Origin: an uncultured virus (IMG/VR IMGVR_UViG_3300025126_000736) | Lineage: Duplodnaviria; Heunggongvirae; Uroviricota; Caudoviricetes | DNA length: 57,774 bases | Direction: 5' to 3' (one strand) | IMG/VR virus record: IMGVR_UViG_3300025126_000736 | Part shown: positions 26,442 to 37,148 of the stretch, in pieces | Position numbering within the stretch: the first letter of the stretch is position 1 | Layout of the letters: each line of letters begins with the position of its first letter | Notes under the pieces: generated by a model | The model's database searches: none | The model's input: only the letters and a program-made list of their open reading frames with translations | What the model was told of the DNA's origin: nothing | Made by a program: the position numbers and the translations under genes

Positions 26442-27059
26442 TTAAATTTTATAATTATTTTTAATATTAACTGTGTTTTCTGTATTAGAGTTATTTAAAA
26501 ATAAATCAATATCGTTAATTTTCTTAATATCTAAAAGAATGTCATTAGCCCACTCAATTTGATTGTCGAATTTAGATAGCATAGAACGTAATTCAATAGT
26601 GCTTGTTTTTTTTGATATGGATTGATTGAGATAATAAGGGTCTGGATCAATATTAAATCTCATTAAATCAAGTCTGTCAGCGTCCCAACAAGTGGCGATA
26701 TCAAGATCATCATGATAAAGTTCATCAGTGTGACCAGAGCAAGCAGAAAAAACTTTTTCAAATTCATGTTCAGTTAAATTGATCTTATCTTTATATAAGT
26801 TCATTAATAAGGCTCCACGAAATCCATGATCAGGGTCGTTTGCATCATTTTCACGTTGACTATCATGAAAGAAACCAAAGGCAATAATAACCTTTGGATT
26901 AGCATTATTATGTTCTGATAAAAATAATCCATTCTCAATAACTCTAGCCCAGTGTTGAAAGCCATGTTTCCCTGAAAATACATCAAGATCAAATTTTTTG
27001 AAAATTGAATTTATAACTTCTTTTGGAATGACATCATAGATGTCTTTTTTCGTAATCAT
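26442..27059 (-). CDS. HD-domain phosphohydrolase
   Basis: HGFQHWARV, FHDS.R..D..D..HG, CWDADRLDL. Confidence 0.85.
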   Translation of the reverse strand: MITKKDIYDVIPKEVINSIFKKFDLDVFSGKHGFQHWARVIENGLFLSEHNNANPKVIIAFGFFHDSQRENDANDPDHGFRGALLMNLYKDKINLTEHEFEKVFSACSGHTDELYHDDLDIATCWDADRLDLMRFNIDPDPYYLNQSISKKTSTIELRSMLSKFDNQIEWANDILLDIKKINDIDLFLNNSNTENTVNIKNNYKI

Positions 27060-27118
27060 TTGTGTGTGTAATCCTATTTAATGTAAAGTATATAATTATT
27101 ATACCATAAAAAAATAAA

Positions 27119-27787
27119 TTACTTAATTACTGGAATATTTATATTAGAATTATTTTTTGAACTTAGTGTTGTATTTCCATCGCTAACAAATATAACTCCA
27201 TATGCATTATTGCCACTTAATAAATGATTTACATCGGTTTGGTTATTAACTCCAAAAACGATATTTTGGAAATAATCAACGCCTATATATCTTAATATTC
27301 CTTTATCAAGAAATAATCCTGCACTCCATGTTGTATTGGTTGTTCCAAAAAAGTCATGCCATCGTAAAAGCTCTGCATTGGTTATATTTTTGTCGTAATG
27401 TTGGTTGCCATAGAGTATGCCATTTTGGTTTTCATACAAAGAAGTAATAGGGAATGAATTTTGGATAAGTTCTTTAATTTCTAAGTAAGTAGGTTTTCTC
27501 CAACCCGTTAAATTTGTGGAGTAAGGATACCCTTTTGTTCTTGAAAAATCTAACCATTCAAGTCCAGTTTTAGTATCAAGTGTTGCGGCAGAATCGCCAA
27601 CTGAAAGCCAATCTGTTTTAACAAGAGTGTGTTCAGTATAGGGGCTTTCAGGCAGTAATGGTGCTTGCGTCTTATTAACAGTAATGCTGTTTAATATTGA
27701 GTTGCTTTTAATAACTGAATAATATTCGCCTGCAGTAGCTGAGTTAAGTAAGAGAAAGCTTAATAGTAAGATAGTTTTTTGATTCAT
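27119..27787 (-). CDS. Secreted protein with shared post-signal motif
   Basis: Signal peptide; EYYSVIKSN..LNSI; DTKTGLEWLD...GWR.PT..EI domain. Confidence 0.65.
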   Translation of the reverse strand: MNQKTILLLSFLLLNSATAGEYYSVIKSNSILNSITVNKTQAPLLPESPYTEHTLVKTDWLSVGDSAATLDTKTGLEWLDFSRTKGYPYSTNLTGWRKPTYLEIKELIQNSFPITSLYENQNGILYGNQHYDKNITNAELLRWHDFFGTTNTTWSAGLFLDKGILRYIGVDYFQNIVFGVNNQTDVNHLLSGNNAYGVIFVSDGNTTLSSKNNSNINIPVIK

Positions 27788-27878
27788 ATTTGTAAAATCC
27801 TTTTATATAAAAATATATCATTTAAACAATATATGTCAATAAATTTTATATAAAAGGTTGTTAGGAAATATAGTTATT

Positions 27879-28094
27879 TTAGCGATGCATATCATCTAAA
27901 TATCTTCGCTCGTAAGAGTCTTCACAAGACTTTTGATAAGCAACCCAATCAATGACTTCTTTTAAGGATTGTACTTGTTCAGAAGTCAGAGAACTTGTAA
28001 TGCTATCCATTTTAGATTGCATAATGTCAGCCTCTTTAACTTCAGTATTCCAAAATGCTTTTTCTATCATTGATATAGTAGAGGTATTGCTCAT
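27879..28094 (-). CDS. Small hypothetical protein
   Basis: SLTSEQVQSLKEVIDWV resembles the C-terminal extension of SpeD 31659..32204 (SLTPEQVLELQDVLDFV). Confidence 0.5.
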   Translation of the reverse strand: MSNTSTISMIEKAFWNTEVKEADIMQSKMDSITSSLTSEQVQSLKEVIDWVAYQKSCEDSYERRYLDDMHR

Positions 28095-28389
28095 TTAAAT
28101 TTCCTAGTTTTTTATTTTCAATTAAATTATTATAAAAGAGTTGAGAGGGAAAGTCAATTTTTTTATAATAATTTAAAAATAAGTAAAAAAATGATTGATT
28201 TATTGGGAGTAAGTGATTAAATAGTGGAGAAAAATATAAAGGTTTTAATTTAAGGAGTAGATAAGTGAATGTCAATTACTCCCACCAAATCAAACAAGTT
28301 TGATTATGGAAGGAGCTTGAATAAAAATTAATAGAGATACAATCTAAAAACCCTTATTTCTTCTCATTAAAGAAATCTTATATAAATAG

Positions 28390-29003
28390 TTATACTAAAT
28401 TCACTCTAATTGGCTGAAAGACACAGCCACTATTGATTAGATTTCCTAGGAAACCATCACCAATTGCTTTTCTCATTATATTTAAAGCACCATTAACATC
28501 AGCATTGATTAATTTTCCAATACTTGATTGATACAATCCTCTTTGCTTTCTTTTTCCTTTAAATTTATACTTTTCTTTGTTAGCTTTATTAAAGATAGGC
28601 AATATATCATAAGCTAACGCATCGCTTTTAGAGGTATAACTTTCCTCTTGAAAAACAACCTCAACACCTATTTCCATTAATTTATACTCCATAAATGAAA
28701 TAAGTAATTCAAAAGGGATCATAGTGAATTTTTGATTATTCACTTTGCCAATATTAATATCTTGTTTCCAAAAGTTGTTTTTACCAATAATAACCTGTCC
28801 GATATTATGTGTTAAACAATAATTTTTAACAAATAAACTTATTTTATGAAATATGTCTTTCATCGCTAAATGTCTTTTTAACGCAATATTATTCATGAAT
28901 GCATGATTGTTTTTATGTCGATAATAAGCCATTGATTTATTGTATTGTTGATTAATGGATTTAATAACTTTTCCGTTTATCAAGATGGGTCTTAAATCAT
29001 CTT
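28390..29003 (-). pseudogene. tnpB: 5'-truncated TnpB (IS200/IS605)
   Basis: RPILINGK, QEESYTSK, INADVNGALNI; hairpin end at 28271..28320. Confidence 0.85.
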
Positions 29004-29309
29004 GATTATATATTTCTACTTGGACATTCGAAATAATATCGGGTAATGGAGATTTTAAGGAATTTAATTATGCAAATGGAGAATATTCTATATTTTATGA
29101 TGAATATGAAGAGGTAAAAAGAGTGAGTTTTCCTAGAAATATAGCAACAAAAATAAATAGAGTAAAAGGTTTGAAGAATAATAATTATATATATAATGCT
29201 GCAATAATAAATGGTGAAGTTAGTCTAAAAAATAATAAAACGGAGTTAATATTAAATATTGGGGAGTAAAAATTAAAGCTTTGTAATTTAATGATAGTTT
29301 GATATTATG

Positions 29310-29408
29310 GAAAAAGGCAATTCAATCAAGGTTGTTAAAAGTAATTGATAAAGCAATCGGTTAGCGCTTTATCGATGAAGCCTCGTCATTCATGGCGGGG
29401 AGTTTCAC
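29310..29408 (+). ncRNA. Orphan IS605-type right end / TnpB reRNA-like remnant
   Basis: GAAGCCTCGTCATTCATGGCGGGGAGTTTCAC terminal hairpin typical of IS605 right ends; 5' boundary uncertain. Confidence 0.5.
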
Positions 29409-29459
29409 CAGCAAAATTTATAAAATAAATTATTTGTGCAATCACAGTATTAAAAGGAT

Positions 29460-30980
29460 ATGGAAATGGTAAATAGTAAATTTAAAAAAGTAATATTGGT
29501 ATTATCATTAGCTACAGGTTTTAATTTGTCAGCAATGGAAGTAGTTAATTGTAATAAGGAAGAGATTAATAAAGATTTTGACTATTTTTGTGTAGTAAAA
29601 AAAGGAGAAAATTACTATATAAAAGAAGCAATCAGTTTGATAGATGAAGAAAAAGAGGTAAAGAAGGGAGAATTATATAAAAATAAAGAATTAGAGAACT
29701 CATCTAATTCATTGTCATTTAGAACTAAAATAATAAATCCAGAAAAACCATCAAAACAAATATATAGAATTCAGGAAGTTAAATATATTAATGACGAAAT
29801 ATTTAAACATAAGATTGAAGTGGAAAATCAAAATGGCCTAATAACTGTGATTGGTGATAATAATAGTTTATATACATTAAGGGCAGGGTATATTCAAAAA
29901 AATGGGCAGTATCTAGAAGTAAGAAATAATAAATTAGGATCATTAGATAAAGAAAATATTGAAGATGTAAAAAAGGTATCCTCTAATTATGAAATATATG
30001 CTTTAAATTATAATAACGAACTTTGGAACAAAAAAGATGAATTATGGAAAAAAGTAGACATAGGTTTAGTTTATGATTTTGTATACCTAGAAGATGGAAT
30101 ATTGTACGCATTGACGGATAAAGGTCTTTATGAAAATAAACCAACATTTAAAAAGAAAGGAGTTGGCGAAAAAGATTTGATAATCGACAATTTTATTCTT
30201 ATGGATCTTAAAATTGATGAAAGCTTATATTTGGATAAAATTAAATACAATGAATATAAAAATAACATATCTAATTTACTATTTAATAAAGATTCAGAAT
30301 TAGGCACTCATTTAACTGGAATGTTAGGTAATGAATTGAGACCTTATTTTAAAAACAAATATAGTGACGAGTATGATATTGAGATAAACTCTGGCGTAAT
30401 CAACGTTGTAAATTCTAAAAATAGAGGATTTGATATAGCTACACTGCATTATAGAGATACAGTTAAAGATAACCAACTTGAGTCTTATTATTATAGAGGA
30501 GTTAATATAGATGAACAATTGATTTACTCTGTTGAATCTCAAACATATCTAACTACTGTTTTAAGGGGAGTTATAGAAACAAAATATAATGGTAGTGTAG
30601 TTTTTGAAAATAAAGAAAAGGTAGTACTAAAAAACAAAAATGATAACCCTGTTAAAAATTATGAATATAGAAGTGATGTAATTAATGTAAAAAATAAAGA
30701 TGGTGTTTATTTTTCATTAAGAACCAATGGAATGCTAACTATATTTGATACAATAAAGGATAAGGAGCATGAGGTTTATAATGTAAATAATGTATTTTTA
30801 GAGAATAATGATATATATATATTAATAGATAAGAATTTTGAATCAGAAATAAGAGAGATGAAGGCATTGCCAATTATTGATTATTCAAAAATAACGAGAG
30901 AGAAAAAGTTTGTATTTAAATTTACAACTTTTGAGGACTTAAGTGAAGATTTTAAAAATAAGTACTTAATGCCGCAATGA
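29460..30980 (+). CDS. Secreted beta-rich protein
   Basis: Signal peptide (KKVILVLSLATGFNLSA); short beta-repeat-like segments. Confidence 0.6.
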   Translation: MEMVNSKFKKVILVLSLATGFNLSAMEVVNCNKEEINKDFDYFCVVKKGENYYIKEAISLIDEEKEVKKGELYKNKELENSSNSLSFRTKIINPEKPSKQIYRIQEVKYINDEIFKHKIEVENQNGLITVIGDNNSLYTLRAGYIQKNGQYLEVRNNKLGSLDKENIEDVKKVSSNYEIYALNYNNELWNKKDELWKKVDIGLVYDFVYLEDGILYALTDKGLYENKPTFKKKGVGEKDLIIDNFILMDLKIDESLYLDKIKYNEYKNNISNLLFNKDSELGTHLTGMLGNELRPYFKNKYSDEYDIEINSGVINVVNSKNRGFDIATLHYRDTVKDNQLESYYYRGVNIDEQLIYSVESQTYLTTVLRGVIETKYNGSVVFENKEKVVLKNKNDNPVKNYEYRSDVINVKNKDGVYFSLRTNGMLTIFDTIKDKEHEVYNVNNVFLENNDIYILIDKNFESEIREMKALPIIDYSKITREKKFVFKFTTFEDLSEDFKNKYLMPQ

Positions 30981-31368
30981 TACAATATTCCATTAAAAAA
31001 GAGCCTTTTTGGTTCTTTTTTTTGAATTTAGAGTGAAGGTTTTATCCATCCAGATTTTCTGTAATTAGATTGGTTATTTTGTTTTTGTATTGGACGGAAT
31101 GCTAAATAGGGAAATAGTGACGGCCATAAATAAGGTGCCATAAATAACAAACTTAGTTTTCTTTTTAAAGTTAGAAACAGTCGCCATAAAGTTTCTCCAA
31201 GTTTGAATTATTAGATTTATTTTATTAATAAGGCCGCAACAGGTGTATTTATTCTTGCTGAAAGTAGTGCAGTAATGTCGATGTTCAAAAGTGTAAAGAA
31301 TGTTTTTAATAGCCCTTTCAATTCAACTCAAAATGCGTTACAATACACATTAAAATAATCTAAAGTTA

Positions 31369-31587
31369 GTGCAAATGACTGAACAATTTTATGATCATAA
31401 AGGAACACACGCGACAGCGGATATTATGCTAAATAAATATCCTAAAAATGCAGTAAATTTATTTAAAGAAAGTTTAAAATATAGTAACTTAAATATTATT
31501 TCAGAAAAGATCCATCAATTTACAGATGAAGCAGCAACAGGTGTTTATATACTTTCTGAAAGCAGTGCCTTAATGTCGATACACTAA
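31369..31587 (+). pseudogene. Truncated S-adenosylmethionine decarboxylase copy
   Basis: Homologous to the N-terminal half of the downstream SpeD; ends just after ILSES. Confidence 0.7.
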
Positions 31588-31658
31588 TTGTAAAGAATAA
31601 ATATATAGAAACATAAGTATTGCCTTACTTTAAAGTTTACAAACTAATAATAGGAAGA

Positions 31659-32204
31659 ATGATGGAAGTGAGTGTTGAAAATAAAAAATATGATTACGAA
31701 GGTTGTCACGCAACAGGTGATATTTTATTAAAGGAATACCCTAAAAATATGGTTGACTTAGTTCGTGATTGTATTAAATATTCAAACCTAACAGTTGTAT
31801 CAGAACATATTAAACAGTTCACTTCTGAAGCTGCTACAGTGGTATGGATCTTGTCGGAATCGCATTTCAGTCTTCACGAATATCCCGAAAATAAATATAT
31901 TACAGTTGATTGTTACACTTGTGGTGAAGAGGGTGATCCTCTTGCGGCTATTAATAATTTAATTGAAAAACTTGATAAATTAGTTGGTATAAAAAAACAA
32001 AAAGTAAAATTTTTTAAACGAGGTGAGTTTGAAGAAAAATCTGCTAATATTTTAGATTTTAATTATTTTGATGTTTCTAAAAAGCAAAAAAACGACAAAC
32101 AAGAAAAGCTAAATAAAATATGTAAATCATTAACACCAGAACAAGTTTTGGAATTGCAAGACGTTTTGGATTTTGTCGTTGATTTCGTAGTAGATGACGT
32201 TTAA
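31659..32204 (+). CDS. speD: S-adenosylmethionine decarboxylase proenzyme family
   Basis: ILSESHFSLHEYPE...VDCYTCG pyruvoyl self-cleavage motif. Confidence 0.88.
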   Translation: MMEVSVENKKYDYEGCHATGDILLKEYPKNMVDLVRDCIKYSNLTVVSEHIKQFTSEAATVVWILSESHFSLHEYPENKYITVDCYTCGEEGDPLAAINNLIEKLDKLVGIKKQKVKFFKRGEFEEKSANILDFNYFDVSKKQKNDKQEKLNKICKSLTPEQVLELQDVLDFVVDFVVDDV

Positions 32205-32218
32205 TATTTAATTAATTC

Positions 32219-32307
32219 TGAATAACCACACAATAAAGGATGTGGCTTCTTATTGAAGTTAAATTCTCAGGAATCAAGTTGCTTCGGCTTCTTGTGGTTA
32301 TTTTAAT
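32219..32307 (+). mobile_element. Isolated 5' hairpin of the IscB omegaRNA
   Basis: About 90 nt near-identical to 22220..22308. Confidence 0.8.
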
Positions 32308-32506
32308 TACTCTTGCAATATTAAGGCATAGGAAAAGTTAGTGAAAATTTAATAAAAAAGAGCCTATCTAGGTTCTTTTTTTTAATTAACAAATAAAAAC
32401 AATAACTTGTAAATAAAAATTATATAAAAAAACGTATAAAAAGTTAGTAATTCTAGGTGCTTTGTGATATAATAGATACTTAATTTACAAGAGACGGAGT
32501 GATAGA

Positions 32507-32887
32507 ATGTCATTAATAGAACAATTTTCTTCTGAACTTTTTCAATTAGCATTATCGCTATCAATGTTGTTGTGCTTTATTGTTGTAAGTCGAAAAAATA
32601 CTCAAAGAAAAAATCTTGAAAAAAAATATGAAGAAGCGTTAAATGCTATTTTGTTTTTACTTGAGACTGAAAGTAATCATTGTAAAAATAATGAAGTAGT
32701 TAGCGGAAATTCATTAAGAAACACAATGAGAAGTCATACAAAAATGGAAACAAATTTAACTTGGAATTCTAGTTTTTCAAAATCAAATTGTATAGAAGAA
32801 ATTAATAAAATAAAAAATGGAAAGAATGTTAATAATGCTTTGTTTACGGAGTTGATTAAGCTTTTTGTTTTAAAGGTTAAAGGATAA
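32507..32887 (+). CDS. Membrane-anchored hypothetical protein
   Basis: GGAG SD, N-terminal TM. Confidence 0.55.
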   Translation: MSLIEQFSSELFQLALSLSMLLCFIVVSRKNTQRKNLEKKYEEALNAILFLLETESNHCKNNEVVSGNSLRNTMRSHTKMETNLTWNSSFSKSNCIEEINKIKNGKNVNNALFTELIKLFVLKVKG

Positions 32888-32935
32888 TAATTTTATTAAT
32901 GGCAGTGTTAGCAATATCGCTGCCATTAATTTAAA

Positions 32936-33283
32936 TTAAAATTTATATTGAATGGAAAGTACTGTGCTGTCTTTCTTGAAGTGAAGCTTAACATGTTCTG
33001 TACTAAAAACACCAATGGCACAGCCGATAGCATCATACATTAAGTCTTCTTTTGAAAAACCCCCATAATCATATTGATCGTAGAATTCCTTAGCTAGCCC
33101 AATACTAAAGCAAGTCGCAAGACTATATCTATAATCATCAAAAATAAATGAACTTCCTGCACCGATTGCTGTTGATATAACAAGGTGTTTACGTTTATCA
33201 TCCTCAATGGAATAGGCGCTAAATGAAATAGATAATAGTGTAGAAAGTAAGAGAAAAAGTCTTGTATTTTTTTTAATTTCCAT
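32936..33283 (-). CDS. YfiM-like exported/membrane protein
   Basis: DDKRKH...S, GLAKEFYD, GFS.EDL.YD..G. Confidence 0.65.
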   Translation of the reverse strand: MEIKKNTRLFLLLSTLLSISFSAYSIEDDKRKHLVISTAIGAGSSFIFDDYRYSLATCFSIGLAKEFYDQYDYGGFSKEDLMYDAIGCAIGVFSTEHVKLHFKKDSTVLSIQYKF

Positions 33284-33365
33284 AATGTAAAACCTTATAA
33301 GGAAGATAGTTGATTGACAATATCGATTTTATATTATTTTACAAAAATAGCAATTTAATTAATAA

Positions 33366-33956
33366 TTATTCAACGTCATATGAGATGCCATACCAAGACT
33401 TTAATGTAAGTGTTTGGTTATTCTCTCTCATAGCATTACACAGTGGATAGTAATTGGCATTTTTGGTAACAAAATCATACTTTCCTTCATTATCAACAAA
33501 TACAGTATGTTTAATTGTACTAATAACTTCGAAATTATCAAAATTATCTTCATCAATATTATCCCAAGCTTCAATAAGTGATTCAGAAAGTTCAGGGGTT
33601 TGAGCGATGAAATAGCCATCTTTATGTTGGTATACTTCTGAGTCAACTGTATTGTGTGTTGGAGGATTATTATTAATTGAAGTGACGGATAATAATTGGC
33701 TAACATCTTTTTTCCAATATCGAGTTTCCTCACAAATTTCAGTATAAGCATTTCCGTCAGTATCAATTTCTGTGCATATAGATGTATAGTCCTCAGAGAA
33801 GTTAGCAATTTGCTTAACAGACGTATCTACACGACAACTGGTGATTGTTGAGTTGCTAGTTGAGAATCCATTGTAAATGCCACCTGAAACAGCAATGATT
33901 ATTGCAGAAATAATGGCTATTTTTTGAGAAGTCAAAAGGTTTTCAAAGCTGCGCAT
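33366..33956 (-). CDS. Membrane-anchored hypothetical protein
   Basis: N-terminal TM; Cys-containing exported domain. Confidence 0.55.
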   Translation of the reverse strand: MRSFENLLTSQKIAIISAIIIAVSGGIYNGFSTSNSTITSCRVDTSVKQIANFSEDYTSICTEIDTDGNAYTEICEETRYWKKDVSQLLSVTSINNNPPTHNTVDSEVYQHKDGYFIAQTPELSESLIEAWDNIDEDNFDNFEVISTIKHTVFVDNEGKYDFVTKNANYYPLCNAMRENNQTLTLKSWYGISYDVE

Positions 33957-34023
33957 AATATATGTGTTCTCTCTTGGTTAATATTGTATGAAATAAATCT
34001 AAAATAGTTCATTTTACAGTAAA

Positions 34024-34713
34024 TTACTTCTTCATGTAACTTGGTTTAGTATTGCTATTTAGTTCACCATTTTTTTCAACATTTTTAAGCCAATGTTCTG
34101 AATTGATCTGAACGTGATCTTTTCTAACCCATTTTGCTAAATATTTCGTTGAGTCTTCACGCCTAAACCCCTTGACAGTGCGAACAACAAAACCTTCCAT
34201 AACGTCAGTGTCAATATTTGCAGCCAATTCTTTAAGAATTTTTTCAGAATATATTCCGCGATACAATACTTTTGGTGTAGGCAAATCAAGTTTATTTGCA
34301 TATTCAATAATAGAATCATAATCCAAACAAAAATCAGTCCCGTCTTCAAGATCTTGCCATACTGAAAATAAGTAAAAGTAGCCTTCTAAATAGTTGTCTG
34401 GGTAGCCTATTGTGTGTTTACCCCATAGGTTCTCACCGACTAACTTAATGTCATTGGGGATTAAAAATCGCATACAAGAATGCATAGTGGCGACCCAAGA
34501 TCGAGTGAAATTATAGACGCTATCAAGCGAACGAGCATGATATCCATCAGTGTAACAAGTAGTGCATTCACCATCTAATTTTTCACTTACAACAACTTCT
34601 TCGTCTTCGAAATATTCAAGTGTTTCGATAATCTTGTCATCAGATTGAACACCTTGACTATAAGGGAGATGGTATGATCTAATGTATTTTATTTTAATTG
34701 CTGACTGTTCCAT
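34024..34713 (-). CDS. RNA ligase family nucleotidyltransferase
   Basis: Motif I SEKLDGE, GEN, EGFVVR, KWVRKDHVQ. Confidence 0.85.
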   Translation of the reverse strand: MEQSAIKIKYIRSYHLPYSQGVQSDDKIIETLEYFEDEEVVVSEKLDGECTTCYTDGYHARSLDSVYNFTRSWVATMHSCMRFLIPNDIKLVGENLWGKHTIGYPDNYLEGYFYLFSVWQDLEDGTDFCLDYDSIIEYANKLDLPTPKVLYRGIYSEKILKELAANIDTDVMEGFVVRTVKGFRREDSTKYLAKWVRKDHVQINSEHWLKNVEKNGELNSNTKPSYMKK

Positions 34714-34720
34714 AATGACC

Positions 34721-35020
34721 TTATTTAAATGTAAGTATTAAACATTGATTTATATTGTGATTAAGAACATATATTCTGTTGTTTAATTCAAGTTCATTAA
34801 TGAGATCTTGAATGCTATTAGAATGAAGTTCAATACAATGATCACATTTAAAGCCGCAACTTAATGTAACATCTCTCTGATTTTGGTTACTTGTCATTAA
34901 TTCGAGTTTATCTGAGTTAATAGTAAATGATTGAACTCCTGCTGATAAGAAGTCTTTAAGCAATGTAATTAGAGCGCTTTTTTTTAGGGCAACATTGCTA
35001 TCTATTGTAAGTTGTGACAT
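34721..35020 (-). CDS. Hypothetical protein
   Basis: AAGGA SD; operon-like spacing. Confidence 0.5.
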   Translation of the reverse strand: MSQLTIDSNVALKKSALITLLKDFLSAGVQSFTINSDKLELMTSNQNQRDVTLSCGFKCDHCIELHSNSIQDLINELELNNRIYVLNHNINQCLILTFK

Positions 35021-35032
35021 TTGAAAGTCCTT

Positions 35033-35377
35033 TTAATTAATTTCTTCTGAAACAGATAAGTGAAGCTGAATGAGATTATCTAAAAATTGAACATAATTAT
35101 CTTTCTTAGAGTAAGACTTGTAAGAATCTTTCATTTGGCTAATTTCAGTAGCACGAGAAACTAGTGCTGTTTTGGCCTCTAAAACTGAAGTCATTTTAGA
35201 TAAGCCACTCAATACTAATGAATCAATTTCAGAAGATACGGCTAATTTTAATCGCGAAATATCAGCTTCTTCAATAGTTGGATCTTTTTTATTGCGTTTA
35301 AAACTGATTTTTTTAAGATGGCTTGAAGTAATAGATATCATATAAGCGCCTTTATTATAATGAATTTTGAATACCAA
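35033..35377 (-). CDS. Hypothetical protein
   Basis: Probable start at internal MISIT. Confidence 0.5.
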   Translation of the reverse strand: MVFKIHYNKGAYMISITSSHLKKISFKRNKKDPTIEEADISRLKLAVSSEIDSLVLSGLSKMTSVLEAKTALVSRATEISQMKDSYKSYSKKDNYVQFLDNLIQLHLSVSEEIN

Positions 35378-35411
35378 TTATACTAAAAAAATAAGATTGA
35401 GTCAATAAGAA

Positions 35412-36029
35412 TTATTGTCCAAATCCATCTTTATGTGCATGTTCTTTGATCTGCATCCAACTTTCAAGGTTTTTAAAGCGATGATCTTCGGCAAGTGGGA
35501 CACCATTTGAGAAAAGAATAGGTCTGATTTTTTCAGAAATAGATTCTTCGATATGAGAGATTTTATCATCAACAAATGTATATACATTGTGTTTCTTTTT
35601 AAGTTCAGATAAATAAGGCGCTTTTGATTGTCCATAGCCAATACATAAAACATCGAGGAAAATATTTCCATATATAGAAGTTAAATTAAGTGTTCTCATT
35701 TTTTGCATTTTTTTATTTTTACTAATACAACTTAGCGCGATGAAATCAAAATGATTCGAAAGCTCTTTTATGTGAATAATATCATTTTTGTTGAATGCAG
35801 GTAAATTGTAGATAAATTCACTTTTGCTAAATTCCTTTACCAAAAACTTATTTTTTTCAGCACAATTAAGTTTAGTAATAACAGGTATTGGAATAAAATT
35901 TGTAGTACCTAAATGTTGTGTGATATGGCTTGTGTCAAATCCCTTAGATTGTAAAAACAAAGTAAATCCTAAAAGCCAATCAAGCAAAACGGAATCAACA
36001 TCAGTAACGATAACAGGTTTATTATTCAA
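35412..36029 (-). CDS. HAD-superfamily phosphatase (phage-type nucleotidase-like)
   Basis: VTDVDSVLLDW, K, FVDDK motifs. Confidence 0.8.
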   Translation of the reverse strand: MNNKPVIVTDVDSVLLDWLLGFTLFLQSKGFDTSHITQHLGTTNFIPIPVITKLNCAEKNKFLVKEFSKSEFIYNLPAFNKNDIIHIKELSNHFDFIALSCISKNKKMQKMRTLNLTSIYGNIFLDVLCIGYGQSKAPYLSELKKKHNVYTFVDDKISHIEESISEKIRPILFSNGVPLAEDHRFKNLESWMQIKEHAHKDGFGQ

Positions 36030-36224
36030 GGGAAGTCCTAATTATTTATAACTTAATGACTAATTATAGCAAGAATGTGTTTTAGAGTCAAGAAAATAAA
36101 TAAAATATAATAAAAACAAGTATCATTATCATTACACTTAGTTATTGATATATATAAAAAAATTAGTTTGAAAAAAAGAAAAAAAAGGATAAGATGTAAT
36201 TTTGTAAATAATAAGGCTAACTAA

Positions 36225-37088
36225 ATGGAACACGATCACTCAGGCAGTAAAATAAATAAAAAAAAGCAATATAAAATTTATTTTGCTTTATTAATAACAT
36301 TGGCATTTGCTGTAATTGAATTTATTACAGGGAATATATTTAATTCCTTAGCATTAATAGCAGACGCAGGACATATGGTGACAGATGGGATCGCCTTATT
36401 TATTGCCTCAATCGCAACTTACTTCGCATCAAAGCCAGCAAGCAATAAGTATACCTATGGCGTCAGTAAAATGGAAGTGACAGCAGCAATTTTAAATTTA
36501 TTGCTTATTGCTTTTGTGGTATTCGATATTGCAAAAGAAACATATTTTCGTTTTTCAAGTGATGTAGTAATTAGAGGTGACGGGGTAATATTGGTCGCAT
36601 TTATAGGATTAATGGTAAATATTGCAGTATTTGTAATGCTCCACAATGGTCATCAGTCACTAAACACTAAGGCGGCTAAAATGCACGTAATAGGTGATAT
36701 GTTTGGTAGTGTTGCTGCAATATTTAGTGGAATAATGATTTACTTCTTTAATCTAACAATGTTTGATCCATTAATGTCAGCGATAATATGTGTTGTATTA
36801 CTAAATATGGCATATTCACTATTAAGAGAGGTTACTGGTGTAATATTAGATGCTGTGCCAGAAGGGTTATGCATAAAAGATGTAGAAAAAGAAATATTGA
36901 AAATAAGGACAGTGATTAATATTCATGATTTGCACGTATGGAGAAGTACAGATACAGAAGTCTCATTAACTGCACACTTAGATATGGAAAGTCTTGATGA
37001 TTGGAATAATGTGTTATTAGAGATAAACGCAATGCTATTAGATAAATACCAAATAGAACACATAACATTACAGCCAGAACTATATTAG
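36225..37088 (+). CDS. Cation diffusion facilitator (ZitB/CzcD-like)
   Basis: SLALIADAGHMVTD, YTYG..K.E, HVIGD, IHDLHVW, HITLQPE. Confidence 0.92.
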   Translation: MEHDHSGSKINKKKQYKIYFALLITLAFAVIEFITGNIFNSLALIADAGHMVTDGIALFIASIATYFASKPASNKYTYGVSKMEVTAAILNLLLIAFVVFDIAKETYFRFSSDVVIRGDGVILVAFIGLMVNIAVFVMLHNGHQSLNTKAAKMHVIGDMFGSVAAIFSGIMIYFFNLTMFDPLMSAIICVVLLNMAYSLLREVTGVILDAVPEGLCIKDVEKEILKIRTVINIHDLHVWRSTDTEVSLTAHLDMESLDDWNNVLLEINAMLLDKYQIEHITLQPELY

Positions 37089-37148
37089 CGTTAAATATTT
37101 AGATGAAAAAGCCTACAAAATAATATTTGTAGGCTTTTTTACATACAT

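Noticed and set aside
32936..33283. C-terminal F (IQYKF) as a member of the K-I-x-x-F class
   Set aside because: Does not fit the spacing and the protein has a signal peptide; it looks more like a terminal beta-strand
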